Assembly (NCBI GenBank): GCA_964500725.1
Contig: CAZCNP010000002.1
Coordinates: forward strand, 133,347 to 197,346
From: an uncultured Gammaproteobacteria bacterium
Lineage (GTDB): Bacteria > Patescibacteriota > Microgenomatia > Daviesbacterales > UBA10151
Reading direction: 5' to 3'
Length of the DNA stretch: 64,000 bases
The stretch's first letter is position 1; each line of letters starts with the position of its first letter. The position numbers and the translations under genes were made by a program. The notes beneath the pieces are model-generated. The model worked only from the letters and a program-made list of their open reading frames with translations. It had not been told where the DNA came from and did not search any database. This document shows positions 1 through 10,817 of the stretch, in pieces.

Positions 1-288
1 GAGATGGAACATGGAGATCTAATAGCTTTGGTAACACATTCACCTCACGCATTGCGGACATTGCATATGATACAAAGAATAAATGAATTACAAAAAGATA
101 ACGCAAGCCATAATTTATTAGATTTCCCTATTAGTGATGAGAGTATATTAAAAATCTCGCCAGTTCGTACACCGGCAACTGGTTTGACAGAATACGCAAC
201 TTTAGAAATTTGTGGACTTCTTCACTATGCTTACTATGACCAAACCCGTCCGGCATCCAAAATTCCTTTTCCGAACTATGAGTATTAA
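1..288 (+). CDS. C-terminal part of DUF218/YdcF-like protein, truncated by window edge; paralogue of 14455-15309
   Basis: LVTHSPHALRTLH..EYATLEICGLLHY aligns by eye with LVAHAPHLVRALH..NYAMLEISGLLYY of the 14557 ORF; resembles the DUF218 'VTsxxHmxRA' motif. Confidence 0.55.
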   Translation, partial: EMEHGDLIALVTHSPHALRTLHMIQRINELQKDNASHNLLDFPISDESILKISPVRTPATGLTEYATLEICGLLHYAYYDQTRPASKIPFPNYEY

Positions 289-1132
289 TAAAAAAATACT
301 GATATTGGGAGGAAGCGGTTTGGTTGGTTCGCACTTTGTAAAATACATTCAGGATTTAAAAGCTAATGTTAGAGTGCCTACTAGTGTACAGCTGAATGTT
401 TTAGTTTTTGATGTTTTGAGGCAATATATTAATTACGAGAAACCGGATATAGTCATTAATTTTGTTGCTTATACCAACCGTGATAAGGCAGAAAAAGAGA
501 AGGGCGATAGAGAGGGTTTAGTTTGGAAAACAAATGTGGAGTTAGTTGATAAGTTAGTAGGGATTTGCCAAGAGTTTAATATTTACTTAATACATATTTC
601 AACAGACGCTGTTTTTTCCGGTTCAGAAAGAATGAAAGGGCCTTATTCTGAAAATCAAGCTCTAGATGTTTCAGAAAATTTAAACTGGTATGGAGAGACA
701 AAGAGGCAATCTGAAATCGTAATCAGAGAAGCTAATATAAAATGTGCCATAATAAGGATTAATTATCCCTTTGGTAATGCAAAATCCGAAAAGGACTTTG
801 CTCGAAAAATATACCATTATATTCTTTGTGGTTATCCGCTTTTTGTCGATCAGCAATTTAATCCGACTTATTTACCAGATTTAGATATAGCTATACAAAG
901 GATTATTCAAACCGAAGCCCAAGGAATTTTTCATGTTGCCTCAAAAGAGATAGTAACCCCCTTTGACTTCGGGCAATTAATTAGGAAATTTACAGGACTA
1001 AAGATACAAATAAATAAGGGATCTAGGGTAATATTTGGGGGATTAAACATTGCTCAAACAGAACAAAAATTAGAATTGGAGTTTCATACAATCAAAAATG
1101 CATTGAAGGAATTCTGTAGGGAGATTTCTTAG
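278..1132 (+). CDS. dTDP-4-dehydrorhamnose reductase (RmlD)-like SDR
   Basis: GGSGLVG Rossmann motif, HISTDAVF, YGETK, DQQFNPTY; start moved to ATG 278 (MSINKKILILG). Confidence 0.8.
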   Translation: MSINKKILILGGSGLVGSHFVKYIQDLKANVRVPTSVQLNVLVFDVLRQYINYEKPDIVINFVAYTNRDKAEKEKGDREGLVWKTNVELVDKLVGICQEFNIYLIHISTDAVFSGSERMKGPYSENQALDVSENLNWYGETKRQSEIVIREANIKCAIIRINYPFGNAKSEKDFARKIYHYILCGYPLFVDQQFNPTYLPDLDIAIQRIIQTEAQGIFHVASKEIVTPFDFGQLIRKFTGLKIQINKGSRVIFGGLNIAQTEQKLELEFHTIKNALKEFCREIS

Positions 1133-1134
1133 AG

Positions 1135-2397
1135 TTATATAATCTTTAGATAAGGAATTGTAATAATAAATCGTCCACCTTTTTTGCGATATTTTGTTTG
1201 TTTGCGAATAATTTCATTAGCAAAATTCCACGCAAGTATTAATGCATAATGAGGAACATCTTTTTGTAAACGAATTTCCGGATAAATAGGAATATGGGTT
1301 CCAGGTGTGAAGCGATCATGTTTGTAGAATATCGAATCAACTATATAATCAAGCAAACTAGTGCCTATTTTACAATAATTAAGTAGCACATTACCTTTAG
1401 CAGATGCCCCATAACCTATGATTATTTTTCCTTGTAGTTTTAGTTTTTTCAGGTATGATTTTAAATCTCTTCTAATAACTCCGACTCGTCTGCCAAAGTC
1501 CTCGTATGTTTCTTTTTTATTTAGTTTTCTTAATAATTCTTCCTTGATAACTCTATATACTGAACGATTAGCTTGGTATTTTGATCCTTTTTTTGCAATA
1601 TATATCCTAACTGATCCACCGTGAATAGCTAGTTTCTTAATATTGTAAATATACATGTTATGCCTATTAAATAATTCCGTTAATGGTCTGATGCTAAAAT
1701 AGGAAAGATGTTCATGATAAATCGTATCAAACTCATTTTTTTCAAGCAGATCTACCAGATAGGGGAACTCCATAATAAATACTCCTTGTTTGTCTAGTAG
1801 TAGATTGATGCCAGATATGAGATTATGGAGATTGTTGACATGTGCTACTACATTTGTGGCAGTAATGATTTTAGCTTTACCGAATTCTCTACTTACTCTT
1901 TTGGCTAAGTTATCTGTAAAAAAGTCATCTATGGTATTTATTCCTTTTAGCTTGGCTACCTGCGCAAGATTTCTGGCTGGATCCACGCCTAAAACTTTAA
2001 TTTCACTTTGTTTAAAAAAACCTAAAAGGGTACCATCGTTACTTCCAATATCTATAACAAGGTCATTACTATTCAGATTAAATTCATTAATGGTATTATC
2101 AGCTAGCTTTTTGAAGTGAGTAAGCATAGTAGTTGAGGTAGAAGGGATATATAAATAATTTTTAAACATAAGTTCTGCAGGAACTACATGGGTAAGTTGG
2201 ACTAACCAACATTTTTCACATACACATATTCCCAACGGGTAAAAGGATTCTGATTTTTTTAATTCTTTTTTACTTAAGAATCCATTAGGAATAGGCATGC
2301 TTCCTAGAGATAAGAAATCAAAGATTAGATTACTATCACAGATTCTACATGATTTGATCTTGTATTTTTCATATGTTGGTTGATTGGGGCGAGACAT
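1135..2397 (-). CDS. NDP-sugar C-methyltransferase (Zn-binding N-terminus, class I SAM domain), paralogue 1
   Basis: CRIC..CEKC Zn site, DIGSNDG, FDTIYHEH, HGGS, GYGASAKG, LAWNF; start at MSRPNQ assumed. Confidence 0.9.
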   Translation of the reverse strand: MSRPNQPTYEKYKIKSCRICDSNLIFDFLSLGSMPIPNGFLSKKELKKSESFYPLGICVCEKCWLVQLTHVVPAELMFKNYLYIPSTSTTMLTHFKKLADNTINEFNLNSNDLVIDIGSNDGTLLGFFKQSEIKVLGVDPARNLAQVAKLKGINTIDDFFTDNLAKRVSREFGKAKIITATNVVAHVNNLHNLISGINLLLDKQGVFIMEFPYLVDLLEKNEFDTIYHEHLSYFSIRPLTELFNRHNMYIYNIKKLAIHGGSVRIYIAKKGSKYQANRSVYRVIKEELLRKLNKKETYEDFGRRVGVIRRDLKSYLKKLKLQGKIIIGYGASAKGNVLLNYCKIGTSLLDYIVDSIFYKHDRFTPGTHIPIYPEIRLQKDVPHYALILAWNFANEIIRKQTKYRKKGGRFIITIPYLKII

Positions 2398-2454
2398 AGT
2401 CGTTATTGTTACAGAACGGTTAACAAATATCAATATTTTTGCTCTGTTAACTAT

Positions 2455-3279
2455 TTAGATAAATAGAAGATTCTCGTAATAGATATTTGGTATATACGAA
2501 TTTCTGATTCGTACTAGAAGTTTACCCTTTAACTTATATGATTTGTAATTATTTTTCATTAATAGTCTATAAAGATCGATTAATTCATACCCAGCTATTT
2601 TCGATAAGGGTCGATTAAGCTCGATCAATAATGGGGGATGAAGTTCTCTAATTGTTTTTTGTGCTCCTGTTAAAACATTAAGCTCTCCTCCTTCTGTGTC
2701 AATTTTTATTAAACCAATGTCTTTGATCTTGTTAACTTTGACAAAGTGATCTAAAGTAACAGCCTTAATTATTTGGGTTTTATTTGAAAGAGGAATAACG
2801 GTGGAATGTAAACCTTTGTTATTCTTGTGGATATACAGGGGTAAATTATTACTATTTTGGTTAGATAAAGCTTTTCTAATAGCTTTCGCATTGGCTATAG
2901 AGTTAATATTTAAATTGCGAACTAATCTTTTATAATTAGTTCTTTCAGGTTCGAATGCATAAATATATTTTGCTATTTTTGACAAAGCAAGGGTATAAAT
3001 CCCTATATTTGCACCAATATCAAAGAAAGTTCTACCTTTAACAAATTCAGTTATCTTCATTAACCATTTACCTTCGTATAAGCCATCCATAAATATCCAA
3101 TAATCAATGAAATCCCCCAGATTTAAATCAATTTTGGCATTAGATATTTTCACTAATGAACGAATTTTGATTTGCCTATTTTTTAAAAGCAAAAAAAGAG
3201 TGAACTTTATAAAGTGAGGAGGATTTAGAAGTTTAAATACAAATGCAGTTACTAATAATAGTCTTTCAAAGTAATTCAT
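2455..3279 (-). CDS. FkbM family methyltransferase
   Basis: FDIGANIG, AFEP, KIDTEGGE motifs. Confidence 0.9.
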   Translation of the reverse strand: MNYFERLLLVTAFVFKLLNPPHFIKFTLFLLLKNRQIKIRSLVKISNAKIDLNLGDFIDYWIFMDGLYEGKWLMKITEFVKGRTFFDIGANIGIYTLALSKIAKYIYAFEPERTNYKRLVRNLNINSIANAKAIRKALSNQNSNNLPLYIHKNNKGLHSTVIPLSNKTQIIKAVTLDHFVKVNKIKDIGLIKIDTEGGELNVLTGAQKTIRELHPPLLIELNRPLSKIAGYELIDLYRLLMKNNYKSYKLKGKLLVRIRNSYIPNIYYENLLFI

Positions 3280-3337
3280 TTTGTAGTAATAGATCTGGTC
3301 GCTGTTGTGACAAAAAATAAATCCATAGTAATATAGT

Positions 3338-3366
3338 TTGACATCTTCTTATTTATACAATATTCT
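3338..3366 (+). promoter_or_regulatory. sigma70-type promoter TTGACA-17-TATTCT
   Basis: TTGACA 3338-3343, TATTCT 3361-3366, ATG at 3374. Confidence 0.6.
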
Positions 3367-3373
3367 TTGAGTG

Positions 3374-4408
3374 ATGAGAAACAATAAAATGGTTTCAGCG
3401 GTAGTTACCAATTTTAATGGTTTAGAATTAGGGTTATTGAAAAACTTTTTTAACAGCTTTTTAAAAAATGATTTTAAGGATTTCGAATTATTTTTTGTTG
3501 ATAATGCCTCAACTGATGAAAGTATTAGATTTGTTACAGAGAATTTTTCTAAAGATAAAAGGGTAAAAATTATTAAAAATCGGGTTAACAATATGACTAA
3601 GGGTATAAATTTAGCGTTGAGGCAGGCAAAGGGAAATTATATTCTTTTTCTAAACAATGATATCTATTTTGCCAAGGGTGCAATCAGTAAAATGGTAGAT
3701 TTCCTGGATGAACATAATACCGTAGCTTTAGTTCAAGGCAAATTTGTTTCGTATTTTGATCATAAAAAGATAGACGATGCAGGTGAGACGATGGATTTGT
3801 ATGGGAATCCAATAACTATTGGGTCAAAAGAGGATGATACCGGTCAATATAATAATCAGAGAGAAATATTATCAGCCAGCGGCGCTGCATCCTTGCTCAG
3901 AGCTAGTTTATTAAAAAAGGTAGGTTTGTTAGACGAAGACTATAGAATTGGTTACGAAGACCTAGATTTGTGCCTCAGATTAAGAATAGCGGGTTATAAA
4001 ATAATTTATTTGCCACAAGTACTAGTTTTTCATAGAAGAGGATCTTCTGTTTCTAATGCTCCCGAAAAAATACGTTTGCAGATTAAGTATGGATTCAACA
4101 AAAACAGATTAGCAACTTTGATCAAAAATTATCAAGTCTCTACAATTATAAGATCTTTATCGATAGTGGTTTTAATCTATTTGGGAACAGCAATATTCGA
4201 GATTTTTTATAAAAGGTTATGGAAATTTGGGTTCTACAGACTTTGTGCAATCGGTTGGATGATAGGTAACTTATCTGATTTGCTTGAGAAAAGGAAGAAA
4301 GTTCAACGAATTAGAGTAGTGTTAGATGAAGAAGCAATTTTGCCTTTTCTAGCTAAGGGTTTGTTGGTAAATAATATTAAAAATTTTCTTCATAGCAAAA
4401 ATTGGTAA
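3374..4408 (+). CDS. GT2 family glycosyltransferase
   Basis: VDNASTD, FLNND, YEDLDLCLR, VFHRRG. Confidence 0.9.
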   Translation: MRNNKMVSAVVTNFNGLELGLLKNFFNSFLKNDFKDFELFFVDNASTDESIRFVTENFSKDKRVKIIKNRVNNMTKGINLALRQAKGNYILFLNNDIYFAKGAISKMVDFLDEHNTVALVQGKFVSYFDHKKIDDAGETMDLYGNPITIGSKEDDTGQYNNQREILSASGAASLLRASLLKKVGLLDEDYRIGYEDLDLCLRLRIAGYKIIYLPQVLVFHRRGSSVSNAPEKIRLQIKYGFNKNRLATLIKNYQVSTIIRSLSIVVLIYLGTAIFEIFYKRLWKFGFYRLCAIGWMIGNLSDLLEKRKKVQRIRVVLDEEAILPFLAKGLLVNNIKNFLHSKNW

Positions 4409-4409
4409 T

Positions 4410-5321
4410 ATGAAAAAAAAATTAGTATCAGTGGTAATAGTAACCCGGGACAGAAAGAAAAAGGGTTTAAAAGCCATAGTCTCGATCTACGAACAAAGGT
4501 ATAGTCCTTTAGAGGTGATTTTAGTTGATAATGCTTCCTTAGATAACACAGCTGAAATAATAAAAAGAAAATATCCAAAAACAATTATAGTAACTAGTCA
4601 AACAAATATAGGTGGGGCAGGAGGAAGAAACCTAGGATTATCCTATGCAAAAGGTAAATTTGTATTCTTCATGGACGATGATGCTTTTGCAGATATACAT
4701 GCGCTTTCAGAATTGGTAAAAGTAATACGAGAGGATCCTAAAGTAGGTATAGTGCAGCCTAAAATTTACTATGCAGATAAAAAAAATATTATACAGGGAG
4801 TAGGTCATGGAATTAATTTATTGACTGGTAGGGTTTTTGGGATAGGAGTTGGAGAAAGAGATCATGGGCAATACGAAGAGATAATGGATATACCTATGGT
4901 GGGTTGTACATGGTTGGTGAAAAAAAGTGTATTTCAAAAGATAGGTACATATGATGAAGATTTTTTTATCCCTTATGAAGATTCAGATTTTTCCATAAGA
5001 GCTAAAAAGGCAGGATTCAGAATATGTTTTGTGCCCAGGGCTCATGTTTGGCATAGCAGCCATAAGGATTCTGATATCTCTCCAAAACTTAGATGGCTTG
5101 GAATTACTACTGCAGAGAGAGCATATAGAGTTAGCCGCAATAAGATTATTTTTATGAAGAAGCATGCTCCTCTTCTTAATTTATTAATTTTTCTTTTTCT
5201 CTTTAATCCTATCTATGCGGTCTTGCATTCTGCTATCATAATCCTATCTAAAAGATTTGATATATTGGTCAATTATTGGTGGGGTTTAATAGCAGGTCTT
5301 TGGTATGTATTAATAAGATGA
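4410..5321 (+). CDS. GT2 family glycosyltransferase
   Basis: VDNAS, FMDDD, YEDSDFSIR. Confidence 0.9.
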   Translation: MKKKLVSVVIVTRDRKKKGLKAIVSIYEQRYSPLEVILVDNASLDNTAEIIKRKYPKTIIVTSQTNIGGAGGRNLGLSYAKGKFVFFMDDDAFADIHALSELVKVIREDPKVGIVQPKIYYADKKNIIQGVGHGINLLTGRVFGIGVGERDHGQYEEIMDIPMVGCTWLVKKSVFQKIGTYDEDFFIPYEDSDFSIRAKKAGFRICFVPRAHVWHSSHKDSDISPKLRWLGITTAERAYRVSRNKIIFMKKHAPLLNLLIFLFLFNPIYAVLHSAIIILSKRFDILVNYWWGLIAGLWYVLIR

Positions 5322-5995
5322 ATAAGCTATCTCTTTATCAAAAATTTGATAACAACTTACTGCCTTTGAAAATTTTTCTATTATCACTTGCTGATCCGGT
5401 TTGTTGGGTAATTGATAAGTCCGCGGAAAGTATATTAGATGTTGGGTGCGGTCAAGGTTTACCTATGCAGATGATTAATGTAAGGATGAATGTGGTGAAA
5501 AGCATAGGGGTAGATATATACGAGCCTTATATAAAAGAAGGTAAGAAAAGAAAGATACATACAGAGTATATAAAAGCCGACATCCGGAAATTCTCATTTA
5601 AAGATAAAAGTGTAGATGTAGTAATGGGATTGCAGGTTCTCGAACATTTAGATAAAAGAGATTCTTGGAAACTATTGGAGAAAATGGAGAAGATAGCAAG
5701 GAAGCAAGTAATTGTGTCGATGCCGATTGGAAAAACATATCATCCAGCAGTAGATGGAAATGTTCATCAATTGCATCTTTCAGGTTTTTATCCAGAGGAA
5801 TTTACTAAAAGAGGCTATAGAATTATTAAAATGGGTAGAAAAAGCATCTTAGGAGAAAATGGGATTGTGCATAAATATGACAATGATCTTCTAAGAAAAG
5901 CCTTATATTCGATAAGTTTAGTATTAGATTTTGGTTTCTATTTTGTGCAATCATGGGCAGATTATTATTTTGTTGCTTATAAGGATATAGTTTAA
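5318..5995 (+). CDS. class I SAM-dependent methyltransferase
   Basis: LDVGCGQG, QVLEHL; ATGA overlap with upstream stop gives start 5318. Confidence 0.85.
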   Translation: MNKLSLYQKFDNNLLPLKIFLLSLADPVCWVIDKSAESILDVGCGQGLPMQMINVRMNVVKSIGVDIYEPYIKEGKKRKIHTEYIKADIRKFSFKDKSVDVVMGLQVLEHLDKRDSWKLLEKMEKIARKQVIVSMPIGKTYHPAVDGNVHQLHLSGFYPEEFTKRGYRIIKMGRKSILGENGIVHKYDNDLLRKALYSISLVLDFGFYFVQSWADYYFVAYKDIV

Positions 5996-6004
5996 AATTG
6001 AATA

Positions 6005-9000
6005 ATGCGAAAACAATTTAGTTACAAAAAAGAACTTATTGTAGCTTTTATTTTTTCTGTCCTCTCGTTTTTAATAATCCTGATTTGGTTTAAAGAAGGT
6101 TTAATTTATGGCGGAGGGGATGTGGGTATTCCTACTTATAACCCTGCCAGAATCCTCGGTATGACAAAGTACCCATGGTGGGAGGCAGTAGCACCAGGCT
6201 TTTTAATAGCTTCTTCCATTTCATCGCTGCCTTTTGAATTTATTTTGTCTTTGTTGCAATATTTCGGTCTTTCTAACCTATTATTGCAAGCTTTTACTTT
6301 TTTCCTACTATTTGCCTTAATGGGTATTGGAATGTACCTCTTTTTGTTAACTCTTTTTAAAGGTAAGCACGTTTTGTCGTTATTGGGAGCATTATTCTAT
6401 ATGTTTAACTCGTATATGTTAATTCAAATCTGGCATAGATTTGTGCATACTTCAATATTCTTTGTAGCTCTTCTGCCATTTATGGTAATCTTCTGGAGGA
6501 GATGGATAGAGACAGGTAAGGTAAAGGATTTGTTTATCTTCTTCTTGTTAAATTTATTTGGCAGTCAAATTTATGGAACGCTGGCTTTCGTAGTTACAAT
6601 CTGGTTATTACTAGGCGGGATAACTATTTTAGAATCTACTATACCTTTTAAATCCAGAAGATTATTTTTGTTACATCTTTCAAGATTATTTATAGCTTTT
6701 ATTGGGTGGATCTTGACGAATTGTTGGTGGTTGATCCCGACATTTTTGATAGGGTCTGGTCAGTATGCTCAACAATATAATGAGTCAAGTAACTTAATGA
6801 GCTTAATTGAGATAAGCAAACAAGCAATTTTACCCTTTAGTCTGCAAATGATTAATCCATTTAATCTTTATCAACAGTTAGATTTTGGCAAAATATATTT
6901 GACGCTCTTATTTAAGCTTCTGCCGTGGTTGTCCGTTGCAGTAGTGTTTGTGGGCTTACTTTCATCTTTAAAAGAAAAAAGATTTTCTTTCATTGGTATA
7001 CTAACTTTATTACTTCTTTTTTTGGCTAAAGGAACCTCTGCGCCACTGGGTAATTTATTTGTTTGGGGATTTAAATCTTCCTTTTTTTTGGGAGTAATTC
7101 GAAATCCGTCGGAAAAGATAGGTATTTTGCTACCATTTGTTTATGCCATCCTGTTTATCTTGGGGTTTCTAGCTATAGAAAAAGTATTAATAAAATATAA
7201 ATTAAAGCAGATTTCAGGTATCAGTTTAGCATTCCTTCTTATTTTACCTAATCTTATATTTTGCTGGCCTATTTTTACTGGACGAGTATTTGCAACAATC
7301 AGTAATCAGGCAACAGTTAGCATACCTGATGCTTATAAACAAGTTGACGATTTTATTAAAAATCAGAATTTTGCTAAATCATTTCAAGATACAGGCAGGA
7401 TTTTGCACTTGCCTTTAACGGTTTCTGACGCACTAACTTATAACTGGGAATCTAAATACCGGGGGGTCGATCCTAACGTCTTGCTTTTTGATTCAATGCC
7501 TTCCATTTCACGAAGCTTAAACTTGCCTAAATTTGAAGATTCTTTAAAAGGATTATCGTTTATATTTATGTATCCTTATTCTCAGGATGAAAGCGCTATA
7601 TTAAAGGCTCTCCAATACTTCAATGTCAAAATTATTATTCTTCATAAAGATGCCGACCACTTAACAGACGGGGTAGTAGATCCTAAAGAATTAGAAAAAT
7701 TATTAGACAGTTTGCCTTTCTTAAAGAGGATTAATACCTCGGGAGAGTTAATGGTATACAAAATAGAAGATAGGTATTTCGAACCAAAAATAGTCTTCTC
7801 AGAAAATCCTAGTTATATACGAGGCGGTGAAAATAATAATGTTTGGCTTTTTCAGACAGGGGATTCCAGAAGCTCAATAAGTGATTCTCCGGAGAATCAA
7901 GCTAATAGTAATATCTATAAAAGTTTACCAATAAGCACTATTTTTGCAGATAAGTCTTTACGTTTTTATCAAGCCTCTTCTAGCGCAGTATTAAGCAGTA
8001 TATTTTATAATAATTTAGTTAATAAATTAAATATCAGTTTACAGAGAGCAAAATATAACCAAAATTCTACAGCCGCTAATGCTATTAATGAGCTATTATT
8101 ACTAACTCAAATACTTGGAACTTATACAAATCAAGGTATTATTAAAAAGTCAGAAACAGTAAGTAATTTAAAAAGTTTATTAGAGGAGTTGTTTCAGGAT
8201 CAGCAAGCTTTTGTTTCGCTACAGAATTATTTGGATAGAGAGACGTTACAGCTTGTTTTTCAAGAGCAGTTACTGTTATTGAATCAAATAGGGTCGATAT
8301 TTGACGATCATACAAATGACTTTGGGGAGTTATCCAATAAGATAATCCAAGCGCTTACAAAAAATAATGTTTTCCCGATGAATTACTATAAGGGAGAATC
8401 TAACATTGGGGTTGATAGGCAGGTATTTAATTTATCGTTACCTCGTTCTTCAAACTATAAAATATATCTTACAAAAGTTTCAGATCCCTCTATATTTGAA
8501 AATGACTTATCTCAATTACCATTTATGATCGATGGTAAAAAACAGGTTTTAGAAAGCATGGATGAGGGTAATACTCTCTCGTTTGGAGTGCAAAATTTCG
8601 AAGAAGGTATACATGAAATCAGTTACCCGACTTTGTTTTCCGAAAACCTTTTAGTTGACCGCGAGGAATGGAAAATATCTCAGGGGAGGTTAGGGAATTC
8701 AGAAATCCTCCTGGAGACTGTAGGAAACACATATGGTGTTCTGGTGGTTCCAATTAAAGAGATAGAAAGACGTGGGGGAGGAGCATACCGTATAAATATG
8801 GAAATAATGGTTCAAAGTGGACAAGGTTTCTATATCCAGTTGCTGCAGAATAGTGATCCCATCGATCAATCTGGGCAGCCAGGTATGTTACTAAATCAAG
8901 GGTTTAGTAAAGAAGAGATTGGCGAAGGGTGGAAAAACATAAATTTTGATATCAATTTAAGGATGACTACAAAAAATGCAAATCTGCGTTTCATATTAGT

Positions 9001-9448
9001 TCCGGATGATTCTTTCTTAGGGATTAAATCCTCATTATCAATTAAGAATTTATCATTTCAAAAAATATTAGATAGTGCTATCTTTCTAAGAACTAATGAT
9101 GTAGGTTTAGAAGTAAGGGGTCAGGTTACTAAAATCATCCATCCGAATCCGATTTTTTATTCAGGGGAAATAAATATAGCAAAACCATCGTTTTTAATAT
9201 TAAAAGAAACCTATAACCCCGGATGGAAGTTAAAAATTAATAATAACACGGTACAGCCAAAAGATCATCTGATAGGGGATTTATATGGAAATGCTTGGTT
9301 TGTAGAAAAACCAGGAAAATATTCCTTTGAGATAAAATTTGAACCAATAAAATATAATGTCATAGGTTTTTGGGTGTCGACTATTACTTTCTTTGGGATT
9401 ATTATTGTGATTACCTTAGAAGGTATAAGAAAAAGGAGATATGAGTAG
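6005..9448 (+). CDS. large multi-pass membrane protein, GT-C-like (AftD/YfhO-type architecture) with long extracellular domain
   Basis: many N-terminal TM segments, GGGD in first loop, ALFYMFN, C-terminal ETYNPGW..YGNAW and final TM helix. Confidence 0.6.
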   Translation: MRKQFSYKKELIVAFIFSVLSFLIILIWFKEGLIYGGGDVGIPTYNPARILGMTKYPWWEAVAPGFLIASSISSLPFEFILSLLQYFGLSNLLLQAFTFFLLFALMGIGMYLFLLTLFKGKHVLSLLGALFYMFNSYMLIQIWHRFVHTSIFFVALLPFMVIFWRRWIETGKVKDLFIFFLLNLFGSQIYGTLAFVVTIWLLLGGITILESTIPFKSRRLFLLHLSRLFIAFIGWILTNCWWLIPTFLIGSGQYAQQYNESSNLMSLIEISKQAILPFSLQMINPFNLYQQLDFGKIYLTLLFKLLPWLSVAVVFVGLLSSLKEKRFSFIGILTLLLLFLAKGTSAPLGNLFVWGFKSSFFLGVIRNPSEKIGILLPFVYAILFILGFLAIEKVLIKYKLKQISGISLAFLLILPNLIFCWPIFTGRVFATISNQATVSIPDAYKQVDDFIKNQNFAKSFQDTGRILHLPLTVSDALTYNWESKYRGVDPNVLLFDSMPSISRSLNLPKFEDSLKGLSFIFMYPYSQDESAILKALQYFNVKIIILHKDADHLTDGVVDPKELEKLLDSLPFLKRINTSGELMVYKIEDRYFEPKIVFSENPSYIRGGENNNVWLFQTGDSRSSISDSPENQANSNIYKSLPISTIFADKSLRFYQASSSAVLSSIFYNNLVNKLNISLQRAKYNQNSTAANAINELLLLTQILGTYTNQGIIKKSETVSNLKSLLEELFQDQQAFVSLQNYLDRETLQLVFQEQLLLLNQIGSIFDDHTNDFGELSNKIIQALTKNNVFPMNYYKGESNIGVDRQVFNLSLPRSSNYKIYLTKVSDPSIFENDLSQLPFMIDGKKQVLESMDEGNTLSFGVQNFEEGIHEISYPTLFSENLLVDREEWKISQGRLGNSEILLETVGNTYGVLVVPIKEIERRGGGAYRINMEIMVQSGQGFYIQLLQNSDPIDQSGQPGMLLNQGFSKEEIGEGWKNINFDINLRMTTKNANLRFILVPDDSFLGIKSSLSIKNLSFQKILDSAIFLRTNDVGLEVRGQVTKIIHPNPIFYSGEINIAKPSFLILKETYNPGWKLKINNNTVQPKDHLIGDLYGNAWFVEKPGKYSFEIKFEPIKYNVIGFWVSTITFFGIIIVITLEGIRKRRYE

Positions 9449-9782
9449 AAGTATAAAAATAAGTTTGATGCTTTTAGCAACGGTGGTTTTGATACTGATT
9501 TTGATTTTTATTGATACTAACGGAGATATTAATAATGTAAATCAACTTTATAGTCCTATGATTTGGGCATCATCTTTTACCATATCTATTTTTTACCCAA
9601 ATGTAAGGAAATATTTGTTTAGGTTAAGCTATTGCCTAATGATACTTATGTTAATCTTTTATTTTACACAACGTTTAGATTTATCTAATTGGTTTGGTAG
9701 TCTAGGTTTTGGATTGTTAATATTTCTTGTTGTTTCTTGTTTTCCTGAATTAATAAAAAAAGGCTATGTAGATAAGTTTTGA
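9441..9782 (+). CDS. small membrane protein (about 4 TM), unknown function
   Basis: hydrophobic ORF overlapping the stop of the upstream gene. Confidence 0.65.
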   Translation: MSRSIKISLMLLATVVLILILIFIDTNGDINNVNQLYSPMIWASSFTISIFYPNVRKYLFRLSYCLMILMLIFYFTQRLDLSNWFGSLGFGLLIFLVVSCFPELIKKGYVDKF

Positions 9783-9813
9783 TCTGAATATGCTTTTGGC
9801 ATATAATTAATTG

Positions 9814-10473
9814 ATGGATATTTTTATTGTTATCCCCGCATTTAATGAAGCTAAAAGAATAGAAAAAGTTCTTGAAGATTTAAATAAGACTAATTTACCT
9901 ATTATTGTAGTTGATGATGGATCAAAAGATTCTACATACACTCAAGCAAAAAAGCATCGTGTAACAGTATTAAGGCATAAAATTAACTTAGGTAAAGGAG
10001 CTGCTATTAGGACTGGGTGTGAAGCAGCTTTTATGATGGGTGCTGATGCAGTTATAATGCTGGATTCTGATGGGCAGCATAAAGCAGAAGACTTGCCAAA
10101 ATTTTTAGAAAAAATTCAAAGCGGCAAATATGATGTGGTATTTGGCTCAAGAAATATGAGCTTAGGTGTACCCTTAGTAAGATTTCTTGGAAATAAATTT
10201 GCCTCTATTTTAGTAATTTTACTTTTCAAAAAATATTTTTCTGACATAATATGTGGATATAGAGCTATTACAAAAAAAGCTTATGAACGTATGCAACTTA
10301 AATCTTCCGATTATGGTATTGAAACTGAAATGGTAGTAAAAACTGCAAAGTTAAAGCTCAGATATTGCGAGATTCCTATCGAAGCAATATACTATGATAA
10401 ATTCAAAGGAGTTACTATCTTAGATGCATTTGGTATCTTATTTGATGTAATTAAATGGAAATTTAACATATGA
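9814..10473 (+). CDS. GT2, polyprenol-phosphate glycosyltransferase (DPM1-like)
   Basis: IPAFNE, VDDGSKD, NLGKG, DSDGQH, GSR; TATAAT 9802-9807 supports ATG 9814. Confidence 0.85.
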   Translation: MDIFIVIPAFNEAKRIEKVLEDLNKTNLPIIVVDDGSKDSTYTQAKKHRVTVLRHKINLGKGAAIRTGCEAAFMMGADAVIMLDSDGQHKAEDLPKFLEKIQSGKYDVVFGSRNMSLGVPLVRFLGNKFASILVILLFKKYFSDIICGYRAITKKAYERMQLKSSDYGIETEMVVKTAKLKLRYCEIPIEAIYYDKFKGVTILDAFGILFDVIKWKFNI

Positions 10474-10817
10474 TTTTAGGTCTTCAGATAATAGCTATAA
10501 TTTTTTCCCTCGTGATGCTTTATTTTGCGTATTTGCATTACCGTAGAGGAGAAATTAATGGATTGGAGATTTTATTTTGGTTTGTTGCTTGGATAGTTGC
10601 AATATTGGTTGCACTTTTTCCCGGAATTTTTAGAGCTTTTTCAGCAACAATTGCTATTTCCCGAGCTTTTGATTTGGCCATGATAGGTGGATTTATTTTA
10701 GTTATCCCTTTAACCTATATGGCATATGTTAGAACCAAAAAATTAGAAAAGAAATTTGAAGAAGTAATTCGCCAAAATGCCTTAAAGGATTTAACAAATG
10801 ATAAAAAGAAAAAGTAA
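10470..10817 (+). CDS. DUF2304-like small membrane protein
   Basis: 3 TM plus C-terminal coiled tail, LFP motif, typical position downstream of a DPM1-like GT2. Confidence 0.7.
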   Translation: MILGLQIIAIIFSLVMLYFAYLHYRRGEINGLEILFWFVAWIVAILVALFPGIFRAFSATIAISRAFDLAMIGGFILVIPLTYMAYVRTKKLEKKFEEVIRQNALKDLTNDKKKK

